From Candidatus Culexmicrobium cathedralense (GTDB taxonomy: Archaea; Thermoproteota; Methanomethylicia; Culexarchaeales; Culexmicrobiaceae): 64,000 bases of DNA. The position numbers were made by a program, and so were the translations under genes. Below are positions 50,928-61,409 of this stretch, piece by piece; position 1 is the first letter of the stretch, and each line of letters begins with the position of its first letter. The notes beneath the pieces are model-generated. The model was given only the letters and a program-made list of their open reading frames with translations, had not been told where the DNA came from and searched no databases. The DNA is taken from NCBI GenBank assembly GCA_025061115.1, contig JANZKC010000002.1, positions 352,001 through 416,000 of the forward strand, read 5' to 3'.

Positions 50928-51422
50928 CTACTCTAAACGGGGAATTAAGATGAAAATGTAACGCTGAGGCTTAACGTCGATCTGACCAACATACGCAATC
51001 CTACCTGAAACATCAGACCTCAAGTACCTCAACTCCCTCTTCCCCGTAAATATGGCTGCGAGCCTCCTACCAGGCGAAACAACCTCTCCAACGCGAACTA
51101 GTGGAACAACAATTCTCCCAAGAGCTTCAATCAAGTACACTCGCTCACCCTCATGAAGAAAAATAGGAGGCCCACTTAGAGGCAGCACCACAGCACTTTT
51201 AAGCACAACTCCAGCTTCGAAGTCGACCAGCCACCTATATGCATCGTCATAAACGCGCTGAATGTAAACGTCGCCCACAAGCTCTCCAACCTCATCCCCC
51301 ACGTCGAGCACCCGTAAACCCTCATCGCTGACAACTAGCAATCTATGCTTAGCCTTACCCCCACTAAAAGCACACTTAACTTCAGATTCAGATGCTTTAG
51401 CGAATATTCTTGGAATGCTCAA
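50928..51422 (-). CDS. DUF2118-like protein (hybrid-barrel-like C-terminal domain)
   Basis: VRVGE.V..G..LA...TGK.E.R..RS...G.IAY; located between GGPP synthase and gltX. Confidence 0.65.
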   Translation of the reverse strand: MSIPRIFAKASESEVKCAFSGGKAKHRLLVVSDEGLRVLDVGDEVGELVGDVYIQRVYDDAYRWLVDFEAGVVLKSAVVLPLSGPPIFLHEGERVYLIEALGRIVVPLVRVGEVVSPGRRLAAIFTGKRELRYLRSDVSGRIAYVGQIDVKPQRYIFILIPRLE

Positions 51423-51442
51423 AAAAGCACCTCAAAATCCCA

Positions 51443-52522
51443 TTAGTACTTTCTGGAAATCACAAAGTCAGCTAACTCCATGAGCAAGCGCTTGGCACCA
51501 CTTTCAGGCAATATTGAAATCGACTTCTTAGCAGAATCCACGTGCTTCTTAGCTAAATCGAGAACGTAACTTATAGAGCCCAAGTCCTCCAATAGCTTAA
51601 CAACCAATTTAAGCTCCTCCACAGAAATTTCACTTTTACCGTAAACCTTCATGATGGCTGCTCTTTGACTGCTGCTTGCATTGCTTAAAGCGTGAATCAT
51701 TATAAGAGTGCACTTACCCTCCCTCAAGTCGCTTCCAACAGGCTTCCCCAAAACCTTCTCATCGGCAGTTACTCCCAAAATGTCATCAAGCATCTGAAAA
51801 GCCAAACCAATGTTTTCGCCATAACTCGACAAGGCGCGAACTTGCTCCTCGCTTCCACCGCCGATAATGGACCCAATTTCGCACGAAACCTTGAAAAGCG
51901 CAGCAGTCTTCTTGTAAATCATCTCATAGTACTCCTCCTCGCTCACAACTTCCTCTTTAAGTCTCCCAGATAGGCTCATGTCTAAAGCTTGGCCTTCAGC
52001 AATAGTACTAACAGCCTCAGCCAACCTACGCGCAGCTTCAACAACTCTTTCCGGCGAAACTGAAATGTGCTTGGCGCATCGCAGTAATGCTTCAAAAGCC
52101 TTAGAAAATAGGAGGTCTCCAGCAATGATCGCGGTAGGAACACCCCAAATCCTATGTACGGTTGGAACACCCCTCCTAAAGTCATCTCTATCCATTATAT
52201 CATCGTGAACTAGAGTGAAATTGTGAATTAGCTCAACCGAGGCCGCCGCTGGCAGCACAGCACTTGCATCTCCGCCAACTGCAATGCACGACTGAACGAC
52301 TAAGAATGGCCTCAACCGCTTACCTCCAGCTTCAATCAAGTGCCTAGATGCAGCGTATAGCTCCCTAGGCTTAGCTTCATCCGGAAGAAGTCTACGTATA
52401 AAATCATCGACCTTAAAGCTGCACTGCTTAATGGCTTCAAGCAATTTCAACTTTAGCACCTCCCAAGAATTACACAAGGAATCATTTAAACGTTTTAGTT
52501 CTCCTAGCGTAAGCCTCCACAT
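51443..52522 (-). CDS. geranylgeranyl diphosphate synthase (polyprenyl synthetase)
   Basis: GGKRLRP, HDDIMD (FARM), RRG, GQALD, KTA, DDILG, GKPVGSDLREGK. Confidence 0.93.
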   Translation of the reverse strand: MWRLTLGELKRLNDSLCNSWEVLKLKLLEAIKQCSFKVDDFIRRLLPDEAKPRELYAASRHLIEAGGKRLRPFLVVQSCIAVGGDASAVLPAAASVELIHNFTLVHDDIMDRDDFRRGVPTVHRIWGVPTAIIAGDLLFSKAFEALLRCAKHISVSPERVVEAARRLAEAVSTIAEGQALDMSLSGRLKEEVVSEEEYYEMIYKKTAALFKVSCEIGSIIGGGSEEQVRALSSYGENIGLAFQMLDDILGVTADEKVLGKPVGSDLREGKCTLIMIHALSNASSSQRAAIMKVYGKSEISVEELKLVVKLLEDLGSISYVLDLAKKHVDSAKKSISILPESGAKRLLMELADFVISRKY

Positions 52523-53591
52523 TCACTCCCCTAAGCCTAAGCCATTCAGCTGTTAAACCAGTAATTACCACGGGGACCCTCCTCAAGTCACTAATAGTTC
52601 TAGCTCCAACTAGGAACATTGCAACCTTAAGCTCTTCAATAAATCTCTTCAAAAACCTCACAACCCCACTTGCGCCCTCCTTAAATGCGGGTTTAAGCAG
52701 CGGCAAAGCAATTCCCACAACAGATGCTCCCAGAGCAAGCGCTTTAGCTGCATCCAATCCGCTCCTAATACCACCAGTAGCTATTATTTCAAGGCTAGAT
52801 GACTCACGAACTTCACATATGCTAATTGCAGTGGGGATGCCCCAGTTCCAATACAACTTGGCTAGAGAAGCATGAAGCTCATCACCTGCAGCTATAGCAC
52901 GATAATACTCAACTGCAGCCCAGCTCGTGCCTCCAGCTCCTCCAACATCTACACACTTAACACCTGCACCTTCAAGTAGAGCAGCAACCTCCATCGAAAT
53001 TCCAGCTCCAGTTTCCTTAGCGATAATAGGCACATTTAAGCTTGAAGAAAGCTCCTTAAGCTTAGCCATTAACCCCTTAAATTTAGGCTCACCCTCAGGC
53101 TGAACTGCCTCCTGAAGAGGATTCAAATGAACGGCAAGCGCATCAGCATCAATCATTTCAACAGCCCTTCTAGCCTCAGAAACTCCAAAACCCATTGAAA
53201 ACTGCGCTCCCCCCAAATTTGCTATTAAAAGTATGTCAGGAGCAACTTCCCTCGCAATCGAGAAAGTATAAGCCAAGTTGCTATTTTCTAGCGCAACCCT
53301 CTGACTTCCAACTCCCATTCCAACTCCAAGCTCCCTAGCAGCAACCGCCAAAGCCTCATTAATCCTAGCTGAAACCTCGCTTCCACCAGTCATGCCACTA
53401 ATGATGATTGGAGCATTAAGCTTGAAGCCCAGAAACTCAACTTCAGTTGAAATCTCATCCAAGTCAAGTTCAGGAAGAGCGGAATGAATTAATTCAACGT
53501 CATTAAAGCCAGTGGATTTCGCGCTGAATTGAACATCCCTCTTAAGGCAAACTTCAACGTGGCTTAACTTCCTCTCAACAGTCAAAACCAA
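52482..53591 (-). CDS. fni: isopentenyl-diphosphate delta-isomerase, type 2
   Basis: RKLSH, GMTGG, GVGSQR, HLNPLQEAVQPEG, KETG, GGTSW, WGIPT. Confidence 0.96.
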   Translation of the reverse strand: MVLTVERKLSHVEVCLKRDVQFSAKSTGFNDVELIHSALPELDLDEISTEVEFLGFKLNAPIIISGMTGGSEVSARINEALAVAARELGVGMGVGSQRVALENSNLAYTFSIAREVAPDILLIANLGGAQFSMGFGVSEARRAVEMIDADALAVHLNPLQEAVQPEGEPKFKGLMAKLKELSSSLNVPIIAKETGAGISMEVAALLEGAGVKCVDVGGAGGTSWAAVEYYRAIAAGDELHASLAKLYWNWGIPTAISICEVRESSSLEIIATGGIRSGLDAAKALALGASVVGIALPLLKPAFKEGASGVVRFLKRFIEELKVAMFLVGARTISDLRRVPVVITGLTAEWLRLRGVNVEAYARRTKTFK

Positions 53592-53641
53592 TCACCGCAA
53601 CACTGACTCAGTAAACTTGCATCTAAATAACACTTCCCATA

Positions 53642-54457
53642 CTAGCCTACGATTCTAGTGCAAATCAGCTCCTCGCCCAAAATTGCCCGCTTAACATTAA
53701 GAGGCTTCAAGGCATTAACTATTAAGACATCTATGCCAGCACGAGCAGGCTTAACAGCCTCCATAAGCTTCCCAGCAATGCCGCCAGTAACGTCAATGCC
53801 CTTGAAAGAGCAACCGCGCATCCCCTTAATCAATCGACCCACATCATCAACAGCTACACTGGGAATCAACTTCGCATCCAAATTCTTCTTGGGATCCGAA
53901 GTGTAGACCCCATCCACATCACAAGCAAAAACCAATCGGCGGGCATTGAATCGAATAGCGAGGTGGGAGGCAATCTTGTCTCCCGAAATTATGGTGAAAC
54001 CAAGCTTCTCATCGAAAACAACATCCCCATAAAGAACTGGCGTCAAGTTCAACTGCAACATCAACTCAATAGGCTCAACGTGAAAAGCAGCTATTTCGCC
54101 GCTATTAGCAATGATGCAAGCTGAAGGCTGCACCGACACTGCGGGAACTCCAGCACCAACCAGTTCTTCAACAACCAGGCGATTCAGCTCTTCCATGGCC
54201 ATTCGAGTCTCAGCCAATCCTTTCAGCTGGCCATTATCCTTGAATCCCAAGTGCAAATTATACTTGGAAGCAATGGGATGTCCAAATGAGCCTCCTCCAT
54301 GAACAACAATTAAGTTGAAAAAGTCAATGACGTCACTTACTTCAACCGCCAACCTCCTTATAACATCCAAGTTAGCCCTCTTAGGAGAGTCCTTAATTGT
54401 GATGACGCTTCCGCCAAATTTAACGACCACCAACGGCTTACTTTTCACCAACCACAA
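53642..54457 (-). CDS. ipk: isopentenyl phosphate kinase
   Basis: KFGGSVIT.K, HGGGSFGH, GDVV, SGD, DVTGG..GK. Confidence 0.93.
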   Translation of the reverse strand: MWLVKSKPLVVVKFGGSVITIKDSPKRANLDVIRRLAVEVSDVIDFFNLIVVHGGGSFGHPIASKYNLHLGFKDNGQLKGLAETRMAMEELNRLVVEELVGAGVPAVSVQPSACIIANSGEIAAFHVEPIELMLQLNLTPVLYGDVVFDEKLGFTIISGDKIASHLAIRFNARRLVFACDVDGVYTSDPKKNLDAKLIPSVAVDDVGRLIKGMRGCSFKGIDVTGGIAGKLMEAVKPARAGIDVLIVNALKPLNVKRAILGEELICTRIVG

Positions 54458-55427
54458 CTCCCCTCATAGATAGCCTTGCACGAATAGGCTTACCTCCAGC
54501 GCGCTTAATTGCTAAAGCAACATCCCTCACCTTATCCTCAGGGCAGAGAGCTATAATTGAGCCTCCCCCGCCAGCTCCAGTTATCTTCGACCCATAAGCT
54601 CCAGCAGACCTAGCGGCATATACCAGCTTTTCAAGCAGCAAATTTGAAACTCCAACCGCCGACAAAAGGCCATGATTGACGTTCATGAGCTCCCCAAGCT
54701 TAGTCAAGTCACCACTTTCAATAGCTCTAGCAGCTTCAATAGCCAGGTGCCCAGCAGCGTGATAAAGAGGAGCAAAAATCTCCATAAATCGCTCCCGAAG
54801 AGCCCTAACCCTATTAACCATCTCACCAGTAGATCGACTCATCCCAGTAACGCCAACTACAATAGAAAACCTCTTGGCCGGCCGGAGGCGAATAAAGCCT
54901 TCAGACCTACGGTAAACAATGACCCCACCAATAGCTGCAATCGTGGGATCAATGCCGCTAGGCCTTGAATGAGCCACCTCCTCAGCCTTCGAAGCCAATT
55001 CTAGAACGACATCTCTATCAACAGCATTCCCCATCAATTTTACAAGAGCAGCCGCTGAAGCCACCAAAACTGAAGCTGAAGAACCCAAACCAACCCCAAC
55101 GGGAATCTTTGAAGTTACAGATAACTTAAATCCACGACTGAAGCCATAGAGAGAAGCCGCCTTCATCGCAAGCACCCTGATCGGCTCCAAGAATTTAATG
55201 GACTCCTCGGAGCCGCTAACAACCTTAAAGTCGCTTAGCGAATACTTAGCGGAAAACCCTAGAGTTGGAGCCTCAATGACCGCGAAGCCGCCATCCAGGA
55301 TCTCAGCTGTGGCCCTAGCTCTCAAGTTGATCGCCGCTGCAATTGCAGGCTCACCTTCAACAACGAAGTGCTCTCCAACGATTATAACCTTGGCCGGCGC
55401 CGATGCGGTGACTAGCAAATTAATCAC
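54438..55427 (-). CDS. mvk: mevalonate kinase
   Basis: APAKVI..GEH.VV, PVGVGLGSSA, PSGID, KITGAGGGG. Confidence 0.94.
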   Translation of the reverse strand: MINLLVTASAPAKVIIVGEHFVVEGEPAIAAAINLRARATAEILDGGFAVIEAPTLGFSAKYSLSDFKVVSGSEESIKFLEPIRVLAMKAASLYGFSRGFKLSVTSKIPVGVGLGSSASVLVASAAALVKLMGNAVDRDVVLELASKAEEVAHSRPSGIDPTIAAIGGVIVYRRSEGFIRLRPAKRFSIVVGVTGMSRSTGEMVNRVRALRERFMEIFAPLYHAAGHLAIEAARAIESGDLTKLGELMNVNHGLLSAVGVSNLLLEKLVYAARSAGAYGSKITGAGGGGSIIALCPEDKVRDVALAIKRAGGKPIRARLSMRGVVVGEK

Positions 55428-56278
55428 CTATAAACCGCGATCGAAGCATATCCAACAACTGCATGATAACTGCCAGTTATGTCGCCTGAAGTCGCATACT
55501 TCAACTTAGAAGCCCCACTAGCTCCAAGAAGCTTACAGGCAACTAGCATAGCCATAACAGGCCCCGGACCGCACATCGAAACATTTCTCCTATACACCAC
55601 ATCAATAACGCCTTTAGGGTCAAGCTCCAGAATCCTCCCAATAACAGCTTCATCATTTTCGTTAGCAATCCTCTGCGGCGCATAGTGCGTGAAATCCGTA
55701 CTGGCAATCACCACCACATCCCTATCAGCCGCGGCCTTCGCAATTGCTTGACCAACCTTAGCCGCCACTTCATAGGTCTGAAGCATCATGCAGATGGGTA
55801 CAAATTTCACCTTTCCATAAAGATACTGTAGAAATGGAAGCTGAACTTCAATTGAATGCTCGGATAAGTGAGCATAGTCATCATCCTCGATGACCTCAGC
55901 ATGCTTAAGAATGCTTTCAGAAAGCTCGGAGTCAACTTCAGCGTCGCCAAAAGGAGTTCTCCACATGCCGCTAGTCATAATTGAAACAGCTGCTCCAACT
56001 CCAGAATGATTTGGACCTAAAATCACGAAGCAATCAGGCCTACCATCCTCAGCAAGGGCATGATAACTCCAAGCTGCAATTGGGCCTGAGTACATGTAGC
56101 CAGCATGAGGGCAGACCAGCCCAATGATCCTTCTAGGACCATCTGAAAGCTTAGGGGTGGATCCCGGCCCCAAACCATGCTTGAAACACCACTCAATTCT
56201 ACTCCTGAGAGCTTCAGGGCTCGATTCATAAAACATGCCAGCTACAGCTGGACTTCTAACCTTCACAATACTCACCAA
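55424..56278 (-). CDS. amrB: MEMO1-family protein (AmmeMemoRadiSam protein B)
   Basis: PAVAGMFY, PHAGYMYSG, GPNH, EHSIEVQLPFLQ, STDFTHY, SMCG, VVGY. Confidence 0.92.
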   Translation of the reverse strand: MVSIVKVRSPAVAGMFYESSPEALRSRIEWCFKHGLGPGSTPKLSDGPRRIIGLVCPHAGYMYSGPIAAWSYHALAEDGRPDCFVILGPNHSGVGAAVSIMTSGMWRTPFGDAEVDSELSESILKHAEVIEDDDYAHLSEHSIEVQLPFLQYLYGKVKFVPICMMLQTYEVAAKVGQAIAKAAADRDVVVIASTDFTHYAPQRIANENDEAVIGRILELDPKGVIDVVYRRNVSMCGPGPVMAMLVACKLLGASGASKLKYATSGDITGSYHAVVGYASIAVYR

Positions 56279-56313
56279 TTAACATTATGCAACTGGAAAA
56301 TAAAGAATATCCG

Positions 56314-56934
56314 CTAAAAGGCTTCAGGCTTAGCTTCAAACTCCTCAACTGAAACCGGCAAATCTCCGTCAGGCGGTATGTCGCCCCTCTCCCTCAAAAC
56401 TTGCCTCGCCAAAAGCCAGTAGGTTAAAGCTAACGCCTTCCTCCCCTTATTGTTGACCGGTATTATCAGCTCAACAAATGAAGCCCTATTGTCAGTGTCG
56501 CATAAAGCTACTACTGGAATTCCAACATTGGCAGCTTCATCAATAGCCTGCTCATCAGCCCTAGGATCAGTTACAAGTACAACTGCAGGCTCAATGTAAG
56601 TTGGAAGCTTAGGATTCGTAAAGGTTCCAGGTATAAACCTACCAGTAATAGGCTTAGCTCCAACAAGCGCGCAGAACTTCTCAACGGGCCGCCATCCATA
56701 TTGCCTTGAAGAAACAGCAACAATCTTTTCGGGAGGAAATCTAGCCAAGAACTTAGCTGCAATTCTAATTCTCTCATCAATCTTCCTGACGTCCAAGACG
56801 TATAGGCCATCAGGCCTAACTCGGTATATAAATGGCATCATAATTCTAGTCTTAATCCTAGTTCCAATGTGCAGGCCTGCCGCCAAGTAGACCTCTAAAG
56901 GTATTAGCAGTTCAACAGATTCAACTGAACTCAC
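56314..56934 (-). CDS. rps2: 30S ribosomal protein S2
   Basis: [34 protein letters not shown]. Confidence 0.97.
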   Translation of the reverse strand: MSSVESVELLIPLEVYLAAGLHIGTRIKTRIMMPFIYRVRPDGLYVLDVRKIDERIRIAAKFLARFPPEKIVAVSSRQYGWRPVEKFCALVGAKPITGRFIPGTFTNPKLPTYIEPAVVLVTDPRADEQAIDEAANVGIPVVALCDTDNRASFVELIIPVNNKGRKALALTYWLLARQVLRERGDIPPDGDLPVSVEEFEAKPEAF

Positions 56935-58190
56935 GTCAACACACCCTCCAAGCTAGCTAACTCAGCCTTCCCACCCAATTCCTCCTCTATCCTTATAAGT
57001 TCATTTATTTTTGAAATTCTCTCACCACCAACAACTCCGGTCTTAATTATTGGGCAATTGAAAGCCACAGCAAGATGGGCAATACTTGGATCCACATTCT
57101 CCCCCGAACGATGAGACATCACTGGAACGAAGCCATGCAGCTTTGCAACTTCAACCGCAGCAACAGTGCTCGTAAGCGTTCCAACCTGATTCGGCTTTAT
57201 TATAACTGCGTTTCCAGCTTTTCTGGAAGACCCATACCGTATGAGCTCAGCATTAGTAACGTACAGGTCATCTCCGCAGATAAGGCAGTTAGAAACGCTG
57301 CTGAGAAGTTCAGAAAAGGATTCATAATCCTCCTCATGAAATGGATCTTCAACATAGATCAAATCAAACTCCTCAACGAGCTTAACCATGAACTTCAACT
57401 GCTCCTCAGGCGTGAGCTTAAACCCCTCCCTCCCATAAACGTATTTACCCTCACTGCCACTCCATAAAGTTGAAGCAGCGACATCAATGCCAACTCCAAT
57501 CTTAATGCCAAGCTCACTTCCAACATCTTCGCAAGCCCGCTTAACAAGCTTAAGTGACTCCTCAACTCCGAAGGGAGTAACCCAAGCACCCTCATCATTT
57601 CTCCCATATATCGATCCTTCCGGAGCAAGCTCAACTACACGCTTATGAACAAGCACGTTCGCCAAGGCAGCTTCATAAAACGAATCCGCATCGAGGGGCA
57701 GCACCAATATTTCCTGAACATCAAGCCCCCCACTCTTAGAGTGCTTACCCCCACCGACAACATTACCTAGAGGGAGGGGAAGCACCGACGCAGATATACC
57801 TCCCAAATACCTGTAAAGCGGCAAATTTAAAGAGGTAGCTGCCGCCTTTGCAGCAGCAATGGAAGTGGCTATCGCAGTTGAACCTCCAATTCTAGAGAAA
57901 TTAGAGGTACCGTCAATTTGCTGTATAATGCCGTCAACCTCAAATTGATTAGATGCGTCAACCCCCATCAATTCAGGGGCAATCATTTCATCGACAGCCC
58001 TAATCGCCTCATCAATTCCTCCAGGCGGAAAAGCAACAACCTCACGCCTACCCCTACTTGCCCCACTGGGAGCAGAAAAACTTCCAAACCCAGCTTCAGT
58101 ATAGACATCAACCTCAATAGTGGGAGAACCCCTACTATCAAAGATCTTCCTCGCAAAAACATCCCTTATAGCTGTTGGAAAGCGATCCAA
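56931..58190 (-). CDS. eno: enolase
   Basis: DSRG.PTIEV, PSGAS, QE, DEG, DVAAS, EDP, GDDL, KPNQ.GT, SHRSGE, IKTG. Confidence 0.93.
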   Translation of the reverse strand: MDRFPTAIRDVFARKIFDSRGSPTIEVDVYTEAGFGSFSAPSGASRGRREVVAFPPGGIDEAIRAVDEMIAPELMGVDASNQFEVDGIIQQIDGTSNFSRIGGSTAIATSIAAAKAAATSLNLPLYRYLGGISASVLPLPLGNVVGGGKHSKSGGLDVQEILVLPLDADSFYEAALANVLVHKRVVELAPEGSIYGRNDEGAWVTPFGVEESLKLVKRACEDVGSELGIKIGVGIDVAASTLWSGSEGKYVYGREGFKLTPEEQLKFMVKLVEEFDLIYVEDPFHEEDYESFSELLSSVSNCLICGDDLYVTNAELIRYGSSRKAGNAVIIKPNQVGTLTSTVAAVEVAKLHGFVPVMSHRSGENVDPSIAHLAVAFNCPIIKTGVVGGERISKINELIRIEEELGGKAELASLEGVLT

Positions 58191-58430
58191 TTACCTTCCA
58201 CTCCTCACAACACGCTTATGCTTACCATAAATTTCATGAAGTCGAATTACCTCATCAATGAGGTCCACGTGGCTCAAAAGCATCCGGCGACAACAATACC
58301 TCTTAATGCCCAGGCTATCAAGAACCTTCCCCGGATCCTCACCGCCCCTAACTCTCTCAACAAACTCCTCATACTTATCTCCAAGAAGAGCCCCACAAGT
58401 AAAACACCTAATTGGAACGATCAATTTCAA
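58191..58430 (-). CDS. rpoN: DNA-directed RNA polymerase subunit N (Rpo10)
   Basis: [15 protein letters not shown]. Confidence 0.97.
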   Translation of the reverse strand: MKLIVPIRCFTCGALLGDKYEEFVERVRGGEDPGKVLDSLGIKRYCCRRMLLSHVDLIDEVIRLHEIYGKHKRVVRSGR

Positions 58431-58435
58431 ACCTC

Positions 58436-58855
58436 CTATCGATACGATTTCTGGAACCGTCTCCTAGCTGAGGGGCCGCCGAACTTCTTTGGCTCAGTCC
58501 TTCTAGGGTCGCCGGCGAGCATGGACCTATCGTAATCCAAGAACACCTTCTTCAACTTCTCATCCTTAAACCATGTCACTAGGCCCCTGGCTATAGCCAT
58601 TCGAGCAGCATCAGCTTGCCCCATGAAACCTCCGCCTCGAACTGAAACCTCAATATCAACTTTCTTCAGCCTATCCCCAGCAAGCAAAAGGGGCTCCATG
58701 ATCTTCCAGCGAGCCATCTCAGGCTGATAGAGCTCTATCGGCACCTTATTAATAAAAACGCGTCCCCTACCAGGCTTAAAAGTAGCTCTAGCAACAGCAG
58801 TCTTCCTCTTACCGCTAGTAATAAGAACCTTAACCACACCTATACCCCCTTCCAC
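58436..58855 (-). CDS. rps9: 30S ribosomal protein S9
   Basis: [37 protein letters not shown]; likely start GTG 58837. Confidence 0.97.
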   Translation of the reverse strand: MEGGIGVVKVLITSGKRKTAVARATFKPGRGRVFINKVPIELYQPEMARWKIMEPLLLAGDRLKKVDIEVSVRGGGFMGQADAARMAIARGLVTWFKDEKLKKVFLDYDRSMLAGDPRRTEPKKFGGPSARRRFQKSYR

Positions 58856-59280
58856 CCTATCTCCTTAGCTACTTCACCCAGATATACATACTTGCCCCCA
58901 AGCCTACTGGCATCAGCACTAGATATCTTCTCCACTTTAAATTTCTTAAACTCATCTGGAAATCCTATGTAAATCCTCAATCGCTTTAGAGCCGCCCTCC
59001 CCCTATAATTATGTTTGGGAAGCATGCCCCAAACAACGTCCTTCAAAATCCTATCAGGCCTCCTAAAGTGCTTAGGCCCCCTCTTAGGATTCCTCAAAGT
59101 CTTAAGCTCAAGCATTGACTTGAACTCCCTAACTATGCTGCTCTTATCGCCGGAGATCACCGCCTTCTCAGCATTTACAATGACTATTCGCTCCCCCTCC
59201 AAAAGCCTTTTAGCGACTACGCTGGCAAGCCTACCCATGATCGAGTTTTCAGCGTCAATTACAACTACATTTTCAGGCAC
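58840..59280 (-). CDS. rpl13: 50S ribosomal protein L13
   Basis: IDAE...[24 protein letters not shown]. Confidence 0.96.
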   Translation of the reverse strand: MPENVVVIDAENSIMGRLASVVAKRLLEGERIVIVNAEKAVISGDKSSIVREFKSMLELKTLRNPKRGPKHFRRPDRILKDVVWGMLPKHNYRGRAALKRLRIYIGFPDEFKKFKVEKISSADASRLGGKYVYLGEVAKEIGWKGV

Positions 59281-59287
59281 TTCAATT

Positions 59288-59650
59288 TCACCCCAAGATC
59301 TTCACATTACTGCCTCTAGGTACTTTAACTATGAGTTCAGCTATGCTAATGCACTCGCCACCAGCACTTTTAATTTTTTCAACAGCTTTCGCTGAGAATG
59401 AAAGGGCAGCCACGGTTACCGGGTGGTCGATCTCTCCGGAGCCTAAAACTTTGCCTGGCACGAGAACCAAGTCTCCAGCCCTAGTATATCGATTAATTCT
59501 ACTAACATTAACCTCCACCCGTCTCCTGCGAGGAGCATTAAGCCTCTCAGCCACATCCCTCCATATCTCAACGTTATATGCTCGCGAAGCCTTCCTAAGC
59601 AACCTTATCAACTTCCTAACTTGAACATTAGTTGGACCAGTTCTCTTCAA
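59288..59650 (-). CDS. rpl18e: 50S ribosomal protein L18e
   Basis: TGPTN, VNVSRI, VPGKVLGSG, FS..A..KI..AGG. Confidence 0.96.
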   Translation of the reverse strand: MKRTGPTNVQVRKLIRLLRKASRAYNVEIWRDVAERLNAPRRRRVEVNVSRINRYTRAGDLVLVPGKVLGSGEIDHPVTVAALSFSAKAVEKIKSAGGECISIAELIVKVPRGSNVKILG

Positions 59651-60474
59651 CCCTCCAAACCTCCACTCAACTCCTCAATCAAATTCGAGCACTTCTCAGC
59701 TAAAACTTCAGCTGCAACTTCAACGATCTTAGGAGCAGGCAAAGTTCCAGTAGATTCAACGTAAAATATGAATGAAGTATCGTCTGGATTTAACTTGATC
59801 GCATCAACCTCGCAAGCCTCCACGCATGCTTTACATAAGCTGCAGTTCAAAAAGTCCTTTAACTGCGGAAATCCACTCTCATCCAAGTCGAGAACTCCCT
59901 TAGGACAAGCTTCAATGCACTCTCCGCACTTAATGCACTTATCACGATTAACTTCAATTCTAGGCACGTACTTATAGGCGCAGGCTGAAACAGGCTGCCA
60001 CTTAGCCCCCCTCTTACCAATGCCGAGCCTAGCGTAAGCTTCAAGCAAAATCTTCTGGTTGGACGCCAGCTTAGCAATTGGAATTTTATCGCTGACCGGA
60101 ACTACTTCAGGATCACTTGAAACCAAGTCGCCTGAGTAGACGACTCTAGGCCGGTCCTCAGCTTCAACTTCAAGAATAAACGTAACCTGACACTTAGTGC
60201 AGCCAACTCCTCCGCAACTGCACTTCTCCGGAGGAGAAAACCTATCCAAATCCGTTTTAAGAGGAATTAGCGATAATCTATAAGCCAAAACCTCATCGAA
60301 AATCGGAGAAGTATTATTCAGAATTACGACCTCATCAATGGCCATGCATGGAACCTCAGCTATCATAATCCTCCTCAGCGCATTAGCAAAAGCAACGCTA
60401 ACCCCACTTAATATAAAGCGAACTGAAGCATCCGAAGCACTCACTACCTCCACGTGCATCAACAAACCCCTCAA
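59647..60474 (-). CDS. rpoD: DNA-directed RNA polymerase subunit D (Rpo3) with ferredoxin-like insert
   Basis: ANALRR, FDEVLA.RL.LIP, VYSGDL, AKWQP, two CxxCxxCxxxC motifs; likely start ATG 60459. Confidence 0.96.
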   Translation of the reverse strand: MRGLLMHVEVVSASDASVRFILSGVSVAFANALRRIMIAEVPCMAIDEVVILNNTSPIFDEVLAYRLSLIPLKTDLDRFSPPEKCSCGGVGCTKCQVTFILEVEAEDRPRVVYSGDLVSSDPEVVPVSDKIPIAKLASNQKILLEAYARLGIGKRGAKWQPVSACAYKYVPRIEVNRDKCIKCGECIEACPKGVLDLDESGFPQLKDFLNCSLCKACVEACEVDAIKLNPDDTSFIFYVESTGTLPAPKIVEVAAEVLAEKCSNLIEELSGGLEG

Positions 60475-60624
60475 CTTAAGCTAGAAGGAGGGATTATAAT
60501 AGAGGAATTTAAATTTTATGTGCTCCTAATGCATTGCAATGTAAAGCCTAATTAATAGATTTGAAAAACGCAGATAACTTAGGCAAACAATAGAGCGCAA
60601 TTTAAGTAGGTAGCTTAATCACCC

Positions 60625-60975
60625 CTACTGCCCTTTCATACCCTTAATCAATTGCTCCCCGAGAGCCTTAAAAACTCCATAAGCCTTGATCAAGGGCACA
60701 TTAATAACCACTTCGCCATCCCTGATCTTTATTACTCGCTCATACTTAGGCTTAAACGAGTAGCACACTTGCTCCATTATAACCACCTTATCCTTCAAGA
60801 AAACCCGAGAAATAGTTCTGGCATCCAGAATGTCGCAGCAAGCACAAATGACGAGTCCATTAAGCCATAGCGGATTCTTCTTGGATAAGTAGGCGCAGAA
60901 GCCCAGGTCCTCCAAGCCCCTCTCTTCAATGCTGAAAACTTTAACCTTAAATTCGCCCCAGCTAAATTCAGGCAA
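60625..60975 (-). CDS. hypothetical protein inserted between rps11 and rpoD
   Basis: 116 aa; TTG start 17 nt after the rps11 stop with GGAGG SD; globular composition. Confidence 0.75.
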   Translation of the reverse strand: MPEFSWGEFKVKVFSIEERGLEDLGFCAYLSKKNPLWLNGLVICACCDILDARTISRVFLKDKVVIMEQVCYSFKPKYERVIKIRDGEVVINVPLIKAYGVFKALGEQLIKGMKGQ

Positions 60976-60992
60976 AGATGAAGAGCCTCCAC

Positions 60993-61409
60993 CTATACTC
61001 GTCTACCTCTACGCCCACCAGGCCTCCTCGTGGTGTCGTGCGGAATTGGAGTAACATCTTCAATCCTGCCAATTATGAAGCCAGACCTAGCTAGAGCTCT
61101 AATTGCTGCTTGAGCTCCAGGCCCAGGAGTTTTAGGTCCATGCCCACCGGGAGCTCTAACCTTAATGTGAAGAGCATTAATCCCCTTATCCTTAGCAACT
61201 TGAGCAGCTCTAAAAGCCGCTTGCATAGCGGCATATGGAGAGGGCTTCTCCCTATCAGCCTTAACAACCATGCCACCTGAAGCTATTGCAATCGTTTCAG
61301 CTCCAGATAGATCAGTGATGTGCACAATGGTGTTGTTGTAGGAGCTATATATGTGAGCAACACCCCACTTTAAGTTCTTACCTCCAAACATGGCAAGCAG
61401 CACCTCCAC
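60993..61409 (-). CDS. rps11: 30S ribosomal protein S11
   Basis: [43 protein letters not shown]; likely start ATG 61391. Confidence 0.97.
   Translation of the reverse strand: MEVLLAMFGGKNLKWGVAHIYSSYNNTIVHITDLSGAETIAIASGGMVVKADREKPSPYAAMQAAFRAAQVAKDKGINALHIKVRAPGGHGPKTPGPGAQAAIRALARSGFIIGRIEDVTPIPHDTTRRPGGRRGRRV

Noticed and set aside
57918-58535. Long antisense or alternative-frame ORFs (e.g. 57918-58535 +, 1504-2088 -, 33175-33705 -, 50006-50497 +, 50454-50936 +)
   Set aside because: They lie opposite well-conserved genes, have S/T/P-rich shadow composition and no motifs.
4826-60542. Recurring short TGC-N(2-4)-GCA inverted repeats in spacers (about 4828, 30594, 48609, 60528)
   Set aside because: Spacer length and flanks vary and the motif is too short to distinguish from chance without a statistical test.
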